The translations under genes were made by a program, and so were the position numbers. From an uncultured Planctomycetaceae bacterium (lineage in GTDB: Bacteria; Planctomycetota; Planctomycetia; Pirellulales; PALSA-1355), in assembly GCA_963785305.1 (NCBI GenBank), contig CAWAUV010000007.1, positions 1,632,001 through 1,696,000 on the forward strand: a DNA stretch of 64,000 nucleotides. Direction: 5' to 3'. The notes beneath the pieces are model-generated. The model did no database searches and had not been told where the DNA came from. It saw only the letters and a program-made list of their open reading frames with translations. How positions within the stretch are numbered: the first letter of the stretch is position 1; every line of letters begins with the position of its first letter. Positions 57,100 through 64,000 of this stretch are shown here, piece by piece.

Positions 57100-60000
57100 A
57101 GCAGCGCGCCGGCGCTTCCCGTCGCCGCGCGGCGAGACCGCGCCGCCAGGCGAATCCGCAGAGCATGAGGCTCGCGATCGCGACCAGGGCCCAGGAAGCC
57201 GGTTCCGGCACCACGGTCAGCACCACATCCTGCCCGTTGGGGCCTTGGCCATAGAGCACATTCACGCTCAGGCCGGGGTTCAGGCCGCTTGTGGTCACGG
57301 AGCCGAAAGTGCCATTGGTCGCCGAAGGATCGATTAGCAGGAAGCTTTGACCCGCGACCACCGAGGAATTGGCAAAGAGGCTGAGCGTGGCGCCGGCCCC
57401 TGTTCCGCTCGCGCCGTCGAGATTCACGACGCCCGAAGTCACGTTCAAGTAGTCGTTGGGCAGCATCGTCGTGGAACCGCCCGCCACGAAGCCGAAACCG
57501 GCGGTGGAGGATGTCAGGTAGGCGTCGAGGGTGGCGGTCGGCGCCAGAGTGACCGCGGCGCCGCTACTGGCGGCGGCGGCCACGAGCAGACCCTGGATCG
57601 ATTTCGCCCCGGCGTTGTTCGGATCGTAGCCCGGGGTGAAGATCGCGCCGGCGCTGACCAAAATTCCCGGCGAGCCGCTGGCCAGATAGATGCTGCCGGA
57701 GCCGGCCAGAATCGAGCTGGCGGCGGCGGTGAAGCCGCCATCGGTCGGCGTTCCGGCCGTGCCCTGCGAGCCGTTGACGAAGAGCGTGCCGGCGTTGAGG
57801 CTGGTTCCACCGGTGTAGGTATTGGCCCCGCCGAGGTAAACAGCGCCGGTTCCGCCAATCGCCACGCCACCCGCGCCGGCGATCGAGCCGAGATAGCTGG
57901 AGTTTAGGTTGTCCGCGCCGCCGATCGTGAGCGTGTAGCCCGAGCCGACATTCACCGTGCTGCCGCTGGCGGTCGAGTTCAAGGCGCTCACGGTTTGACT
58001 GGCGCCCACATTGAAGGTGGTTCCCGCGGCGAGGTTCACCGTGGCCAAGGTTCCGATCGCGGCGGCGTGATTCGAGTTGAGCGTGGCCGAGCCGTTGATA
58101 TCGATCACCGTGCCTTGCACCAAGCTGGTGGCGTCGGAATTGAGCGTGAGTTGGCCATTGTCTTGCAGGGTGATCGTGCTGGCGGTTCCGCCATCGCTCA
58201 GCGAGCCGAGAATGAGCGTTCCGGCGCCGGCGCCGTTGTTGGCCACGTCGAACACCGGATTGCCGCTGAGCGTCGTGGCGCCGAAGGTGAGGCTATAGGG
58301 GGCGGCGCTCGCGATGCTGCCGGTCACATCGAGCGTGCTCGAGCCAATCGTGAGACGCCCATCGAGGCGGCGGCCGAAGTGCTCACATTGATCGCCGAAC
58401 TGGCCGTGACCACCACACTGTTGGCGAAGGTTTGCCGCGCCGGCCGTGGAGCCGGAGGTCATCACAAAATCGCTGAAGGTCTGGGTCGCGCCCTGCCCGC
58501 CCGAGCCGCCGGAAAATCCGACATAGGCCGAGGTGTTGCTGCCAAGATCGGCCGAGAGGTTCACGCCGGTGTAGGTCGTGCTGTAGGTGGCCAGGGTTTT
58601 GGTGTCGGTGAGGGTTTCGGTGAGGGTTTGCGCCGCGGTGTTGTAGGTGATGCCCACCTGGATCGGATCGCCGTTAGCCACATTGACGCTGCCGGTGGCA
58701 TTGTAGGTTCCGGTTCCGGTACCTCCGGTGATGAAGTTCGTGCCGATCGTGTGTCCGCTGTAAATATTGAAGTCGATGGCGGCGCTATTGGCGATGGCGC
58801 CGGTTCCGGGGCCGTAGGCGAGCGCGCCGCCCGTGGCGCCGAGTTGCGTGAGGCTATTGGCGCCGTTGTTTTGGAGCATGAAGGTTGCGCCATCGGCCTC
58901 GTTGCCTGAACCCGCGGCGACCGCTTGGTAGACGAAGCTCGCCGTGAACCCCGACGGGCCGGCGACCGCTTGCGGAGCGTTTAGAAACGCCGTGCGGCCT
59001 TCGTTGTTAGCTCCGTCGGTCACGGTCAAGACATTGTTCGTGATCGGGGTCGCGGCGGTTGTATAGGGTCCGCTCGTATTCACCGTCCAGCCGGTTCCGT
59101 TGCCGCCAAAGCCGGTGATATTGTTAGTGGCATTGAGCTCGAGCGAACCGCCCGCCAAGGTCACTTGACCGGTTCCCAGCGAGCCGGTATTTCCGGCCAC
59201 CACCGCGCCACCTCCCGCCGCCAAGCCGCTGCCGATGATCGTCGTGCCCGTGTAGCCACCGCTGAGCGCTCCGCTACTGTCATAGGGCAGGCTCACCACG
59301 CCGGGCCCGAGCACGGTAACATTGCTCGTGCCGGTGATCGGTCCCAGAGTGAGTGTTCCGGCGCCGCCGCCGGTGCTGTTGGCGACGTTGAATGTCGCAT
59401 TGCCGCTAAGTGTCACCGCGCCGGCGGTCAGCGAGTATGCGCTGCCTGAAGTGTCGCTGCTGGCGACCGTGAGGGTTTGGGCGCCGATCGCAAGCGAGCC
59501 GACTGTGGCCGCAAGCGAGCCGCTGACATTGACCGTGGCATCGGCGGCCACATTGATCGGGGTATTGAAGAATTGGCTCGCGCTGAGCACTCCGGTGGTC
59601 ACTTGCGAATTGAGCAACGTGCTCAGTGTCGTGGAACCGGGCGAACTGAGATTCGACTGCACCAAGAAGCCCATGCCGCCGCCGCCTTGATAATACGCGA
59701 TTTCGATCGGATACACGCCGGGCGAGAGCGCGATTGTGCCAGTGTGCGTCGTGGCGCCCTGGTAGGCGTTGTTGGCGACCACTTCTTTCCCGTTGACATA
59801 AAGCACGCTGCCGTCGTCGCTGGTGGTGGCGAAAGTGTAGGTTCCGGTCGTCGTCACGACCACTTCACCGGTCATATAGGCTTCGAAGTAGCTAGTTCCG
59901 GTGAAGCCAAAATTGCCCTGGGTCGCGGCGGTCCCGCCGAATGGCGCCGCGTTGCCATAATTGCCGTTGCTGAAATCGAAATTCGCTTTGCCATTGTCCG

Positions 60001-63000
60001 TGGTGTTCACGGTCACGGTGGGCGTGAGACCGGCGAAGTGGGATTCCATCGTGCTATATGTATTGAGATATGACGTGTTGTTCGTTAGCGTCGTCGAGGT
60101 CTCTTGATAGAAATTCGCGGTCAGGCCTTCTTGATAACCGCCCACGAGGTTGAGGGCGCCACCGCCCAGAGTGACCGCGCCGGTCCCGAGGCCGCTGCCC
60201 AGCACGAGGTTTCCAGAGGTCGGCGCGCCCACGGCGTTGACCGTGCCCTGGTTGATCGTCATGCCGCCTGTCGACGTATTCGAGGGCAGCGTGATATTCA
60301 ATGTGCCGGGGCTGCTAAGCGTGATCGAACCGGTTCCCGAGATCGGAGCGTTGACATTCAAGGCGTTGCCCGTTCCCGGCACGAACGTCAGGCTGCCATT
60401 GTTGACGATCGCGCCATTGCCGAGCGTGCCGGCGCCATTGCCGGCGCCCACTTGAACCGCCGACCCGGTGGAGATCGTCGAGCCGCCGCCATAGCTGTTG
60501 TTGCTAGCCACGATCATCGGGGCGGTCGAACTGTAGGTCACGCTGCCCAATCCGGAAACGACGCCGCCGAGCGTGACCGGTCCCGAGCCGGCGACCGTGA
60601 GCGCGTAACCCGTGGCGACGCCGGTGTTCACGGCCCCGGAAACGGTAAGCAGGCTGGCGCTATTGTTGGTCCAGCTTTGGGCGCCGCCCAAGGCGACATT
60701 GGCGCTGATCGTATCGGCGCCGGAGCCGGAGTTGACCACGATGCCGGTTCCGGCGGAGTAGGCGCCCGCGGCGCCCATAATGGTGAGCGTGTTCGAGCCG
60801 CCGATCGTCGTGGGCGCGGAGTTGGGAGTTCCCGAGCCGCTGAAGGTGAGGCTGTTGATCGAGAAATTCGCGCCCAGCACCGTGTTTAGCGCCGTGGCGT
60901 TGTTGGCGGTCATGTAGACATCGGTCGTGCCGCCGGGCGCCGCGTTGGCGTCTGGCGTGCCGGGTTGGGCGGTGGCCCAACTGGTGTTGGTTCCGTTGTA
61001 GCCGTTCCAGTAATTGCCGGCCAGCGAGGTCCAATAGGCGGCGGTTGGGCTCGCCGAAGCATTGGTCACAACCAGGTTTTCGGCCGTGCCCGTGGTTTGG
61101 AGCGAATAGAGCTCACTGCCAACGATTTCGCCGGTCTGACCGTTGGCGAAGTTGAAAGCGCCGCCGGCGCCGGTGGTTTCGCTCGTGTACGTGATGATCG
61201 GATACGTGCCCGTATTGAGCGTGAGCCCGGCAATGTTTACGGTCGTGACGCCATTGAAGGCGGCGGCGCCGGTGACATTGATGGCGTCGACGGCGAAGGC
61301 CGAGGTCGAGCCGGTGGAATTCACGGCATTGATCGAAAGAGCCCCGCCCGCGCTGCCGGTGGTAAACGCGGCGGCCCCGACGGTCGAGTTGTTGATATTG
61401 AGAGTCGTTGCGATTGCCGGTTGATCGACGAACGCGATCGTTCCGCCATTGAGCGTGACCGAGCCGGCGGCCCCCGTGCCGATCGTGGCGCTGCCGCTGG
61501 TGGCGGCGCCGGTGATTTGCAGCGTGCCGCCGGTATTGACGCTCACCGGGGTTCCGCCGAGCGAAGCGGCCGTGGCAAGAGCCAGATTGCCGCCGATGGT
61601 CGTGGCGCCGGTGTAGGTGTTCGCGCCGGTGAGGGTTTGCAGGCCCGAGCCGGCAACCACTGTCAGGGCCAGTTGGCTACCGGTAGCGGTTCCGTCGGAA
61701 AGCACGCCGCCGTAGCTGGCGACCGCGTTTCCACTCCCGACCGACAGCGTGCCCGGGGCGCCGGAGCTTTGAACCATGCCGGCGCCTTGCATCCCGTTGA
61801 TCTGCTGGGAAGTGCCCATAAGGTCGAACGTGCCGCCGACGACGTTCACCAGTCCCGCCACGCCGGCGCCCGACGGCAGCGCGTTGTTGGCCCCCATCGC
61901 GAGCGTGCCGGCGACGATGTTCGTGTTGCCGGAATAGGTGCTTGTGCCACCCATCGTGAACGTGCCCGTTCCTTCTTTGTTTAGCCCGCCGGCGCCTGAC
62001 ATGGTCCCGCTGTAGGTGGTGTTGGTGTTGTCGAGGCCGGTCACCAGTGTGGTCGAGAGCACGACGGCGCCCGCGCCTTGCAAGGAGCCGATCGTCATAT
62101 CAGGCGTGGCCGCGGCATACGATGAGCCAATATCCACCGTAAGGCCGCCCGTGCTGGGGCCGTTCATCTGAGCCTGGAACCCGTAATCGCCGCCGCCCTG
62201 ATAGAAGGCGGTTTCAATTTCATACGAACCGGGCGCCAAGGTGATCGTGCCGCTCCGGGTCACGTAGCCCTGGTAGTAGTTGTTGTTGACGATTTGCTGT
62301 CCGTTGATCCAGAGCATGCTGCCGTCGTCGCTCGTGGTCGAGAAGGTATACGATCCGCCTTGGCCGACGGGAACGGTGATGGTGCCGGTGTAGATGGATT
62401 CGAAATTGTTGGGATTCGTCAAAATGTTGGCGGGGAAGGCGCCGGGAACAACGCCGGGGTTGCCTTTACCGATGGAGGTGTAGGTGCCCGGCAGATCAAG
62501 CACGGGCGTGGTCAAAGTGGCCGCGGGAGTGAGCGACGCCAAGTGTGTTTCGAGGGCCGCGAGCGAGTCGAAGTTCGCGTTCGCATTACCGGTCGTTCCG
62601 CCCGTGTTGCTCAGGCCGCCCGGATAATAGTAGGCGCTCGTGAATCCATTGACACCGGGAAGGCCGACATTCAATGTTCCACCCGCCAGGACATTGACCG
62701 TGCCCGTGCTGAGCGATGCGCCGCCGGAGGTGATCGCGCCGCCGGACTGGATCGTCGTGCCGCCGGTATAGGTGTTCGCGCCGTTGATCACGGTCATGCC
62801 GGCGCCCATTTGCACGACAGCGCCGGCGCCGGTGATCGTGTTGGCGAAGGTGTTCGTGCCGGTGCGATCGAAGGCCAGCGTGCCGCCGTCATTGATCGTG
62901 GGCGTCGAGGCGATCGAGCCGGAGGCGCCGCCATTGCCAATCTGCAACGTGCCGGCGCCGATGCTCACGAGTCCGGTGAATGTGTTGGCGCCTGTGAGCG

Positions 63001-64000
63001 CGAATGTGCCCGCGCCGAATTTGGTCAGCCCTCCCACGCCGGACATCACGCCGCCATAAGCGGTGCTGGTTCCATCCGTGCCGGTAACGAGACCGCCGGT
63101 CGTTAACTGCACCGCGCCTGAGCCGGAGAGCGATCCCACGACCAAGTCGGGCGTGACCGGAGCGGAGCTCGAACCCATGTCGACCATCGCGTTGCCGGTG
63201 CTGGGGCCGCTCATTTGCGCTTCGAGCCCGTAGCCGCCATTGCCCTGGTAATAGCCGACCACGATGCTGTTTTCGCCGGGCGAGAGGGTGATCGTGCCGT
63301 TGCGATAGTTAACCCCCTGAAACGCGTTGTTGCTGACAACCAGTTGTCCATTCACCCAAACCATGCTGCCATCGTCGCTACCGGCCTGGAAGGTGTAGGT
63401 TCCGCCCTGGCCGGCGGGAATGTTGACCATGCCGGAGAAGTAGGCTTGGAAGTTGTTGTAACCGCCCGAGGCGTTGAGCGCCGTGGGGAAAAGCTGCGAG
63501 CCAGGGACGCCTTCGCTATTCGCGAGGAAATTGATCACCGGCGATGTGGTGACTCCTTGCGGAGTGAGGCTGCCCGTGGCCGTGTTCGTCGGGCTGGCGG
63601 CGCCGATATTGGCCTGCAAGGACGCGAGACTGTTGTAGGCGGCCTGGCTGGGATAGACTTCGCCGGAGCCGCCGGTTTGCACCACTTGGAAGAACTGTCC
63701 CGCGAGGCCGACATTGCCCGTCTGGGCCACGGCCAGCGTGGCGCCGGAAGCGACATTCACCGTGCCCAGGGCCAGACCACTGCCGCCGGCCACAAGTGTG
63801 CCCGCGGTCACGGTCGTGCCGCCGGTATACAAGTTGTTGCCGCTCAGCGTCAGAGCGCCGGTTCCCACCGAGTCGTTCAAAACTAGGCCGGCGGAGTTTG
63901 TCGAAGCGATCGCACCGGCCATAGCCACGCTCTGACCGTGGGTGTCGATCGTGATCGGGCTCGCGCGTATTCGCGATGCGGCTCGAATAGTCCTGGGCAC
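57077..64000 (-). CDS. Large PEP-CTERM surface protein with autotransporter-associated beta-strand repeats, three PA14-like and one L-lectin-like domain (5' end outside window)
   Basis: NTYTGGT repeats; three SDDGS...YYQGxGG units; ADGATF...YVGFSGGSG; VPEP + TM + basic tail. Confidence 0.88.
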   Translation of the reverse strand: MPRTIRAASRIRASPITIDTHGQSVAMAGAIASTNSAGLVLNDSVGTGALTLSGNNLYTGGTTVTAGTLVAGGSGLALGTVNVASGATLAVAQTGNVGLAGQFFQVVQTGGSGEVYPSQAAYNSLASLQANIGAASPTNTATGSLTPQGVTTSPVINFLANSEGVPGSQLFPTALNASGGYNNFQAYFSGMVNIPAGQGGTYTFQAGSDDGSMVWVNGQLVVSNNAFQGVNYRNGTITLSPGENSIVVGYYQGNGGYGLEAQMSGPSTGNAMVDMGSSSAPVTPDLVVGSLSGSGAVQLTTGGLVTGTDGTSTAYGGVMSGVGGLTKFGAGTFALTGANTFTGLVSIGAGTLQIGNGGASGSIASTPTINDGGTLAFDRTGTNTFANTITGAGAVVQMGAGMTVINGANTYTGGTTIQSGGAITSGGASLSTGTVNVLAGGTLNVGLPGVNGFTSAYYYPGGLSNTGGTTGNANANFDSLAALETHLASLTPAATLTTPVLDLPGTYTSIGKGNPGVVPGAFPANILTNPNNFESIYTGTITVPVGQGGSYTFSTTSDDGSMLWINGQQIVNNNYYQGYVTRSGTITLAPGSYEIETAFYQGGGDYGFQAQMNGPSTGGLTVDIGSSYAAATPDMTIGSLQGAGAVVLSTTLVTGLDNTNTTYSGTMSGAGGLNKEGTGTFTMGGTSTYSGNTNIVAGTLAMGANNALPSGAGVAGLVNVVGGTFDLMGTSQQINGMQGAGMVQSSGAPGTLSVGSGNAVASYGGVLSDGTATGSQLALTVVAGSGLQTLTGANTYTGATTIGGNLALATAASLGGTPVSVNTGGTLQITGAATSGSATIGTGAAGSVTLNGGTIAFVDQPAIATTLNINNSTVGAAAFTTGSAGGALSINAVNSTGSTSAFAVDAINVTGAAAFNGVTTVNIAGLTLNTGTYPIITYTSETTGAGGAFNFANGQTGEIVGSELYSLQTTGTAENLVVTNASASPTAAYWTSLAGNYWNGYNGTNTSWATAQPGTPDANAAPGGTTDVYMTANNATALNTVLGANFSINSLTFSGSGTPNSAPTTIGGSNTLTIMGAAGAYSAGTGIVVNSGSGADTISANVALGGAQSWTNNSASLLTVSGAVNTGVATGYALTVAGSGPVTLGGVVSGLGSVTYSSTAPMIVASNNSYGGGSTISTGSAVQVGAGNGAGTLGNGAIVNNGSLTFVPGTGNALNVNAPISGTGSITLSSPGTLNITLPSNTSTGGMTINQGTVNAVGAPTSGNLVLGSGLGTGAVTLGGGALNLVGGYQEGLTANFYQETSTTLTNNTSYLNTYSTMESHFAGLTPTVTVNTTDNGKANFDFSNGNYGNAAPFGGTAATQGNFGFTGTSYFEAYMTGEVVVTTTGTYTFATTSDDGSVLYVNGKEVVANNAYQGATTHTGTIALSPGVYPIEIAYYQGGGGMGFLVQSNLSSPGSTTLSTLLNSQVTTGVLSASQFFNTPINVAADATVNVSGSLAATVGSLAIGAQTLTVASSDTSGSAYSLTAGAVTLSGNATFNVANSTGGGAGTLTLGPITGTSNVTVLGPGVVSLPYDSSGALSGGYTGTTIIGSGLAAGGGAVVAGNTGSLGTGQVTLAGGSLELNATNNITGFGGNGTGWTVNTSGPYTTAATPITNNVLTVTDGANNEGRTAFLNAPQAVAGPSGFTASFVYQAVAAGSGNEADGATFMLQNNGANSLTQLGATGGALAYGPGTGAIANSAAIDFNIYSGHTIGTNFITGGTGTGTYNATGSVNVANGDPIQVGITYNTAAQTLTETLTDTKTLATYSTTYTGVNLSADLGSNTSAYVGFSGGSGGQGATQTFSDFVMTSGSTAGAANLRQQCGGHGQFGDQCEHFGRRLDGRLTIGSSTLDVTGSIASAAPYSLTFGATTLSGNPVFDVANNGAGAGTLILGSLSDGGTASTITLQDNGQLTLNSDATSLVQGTVIDINGSATLNSNHAAAIGTLATVNLAAGTTFNVGASQTVSALNSTASGSTVNVGSGYTLTIGGADNLNSSYLGSIAGAGGVAIGGTGAVYLGGANTYTGGTSLNAGTLFVNGSQGTAGTPTDGGFTAAASSILAGSGSIYLASGSPGILVSAGAIFTPGYDPNNAGAKSIQGLLVAAAASSGAAVTLAPTATLDAYLTSSTAGFGFVAGGSTTMLPNDYLNVTSGVVNLDGASGTGAGATLSLFANSSVVAGQSFLLIDPSATNGTFGSVTTSGLNPGLSVNVLYGQGPNGQDVVLTVVPEPASWALVAIASLMLCGFAWRRGLAARRREAPARCFNKCRCS

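Overview
GC-rich bacterial window, probably a planctomycete (PEP-CTERM beta-strand-repeat protein, 'RFSLRT'-type membrane proteins). Positions ~2.2-47.8 kb hold a minus-strand array of ten orphan Rhs core-fragment + variable C-terminal toxin + downstream partner (immunity-slot) modules. Tips include a phospholipase A2, an Ntox16-like domain, a duplicated H...NSNS domain and two lipoprotein-signal-like tips. No Rhs N-terminus is present. A short repeat, consensus GAATTCAAAGGGGTCAGG^A(C/G)TCATTGATT, marks both array ends and the 5' edge of five modules, with two further degenerate copies. A degenerate Y1/HUH (RAYT-like) transposase starts just downstream of the left copy. Two near-identical group II introns in opposite orientation sit at the same nucleotide of the two terminal copies and carry a complementary candidate EBS. 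The array also contains an IS1380-family and an IS66-family element (both with target duplications), ISAs1 and IS256 remnants, and a ~6 kb internal duplication. From ~49.9 kb the genes are ordinary: RNase HII-like, sixA, di-heme cytochrome c peroxidase, sufU, sufS, HDOD/GGDEF-like, and a large PA14/lectin PEP-CTERM protein. Many single-base frameshifts cluster at GCGC and are probably sequencing artefacts. All family assignments are from motif recognition, not database searches.
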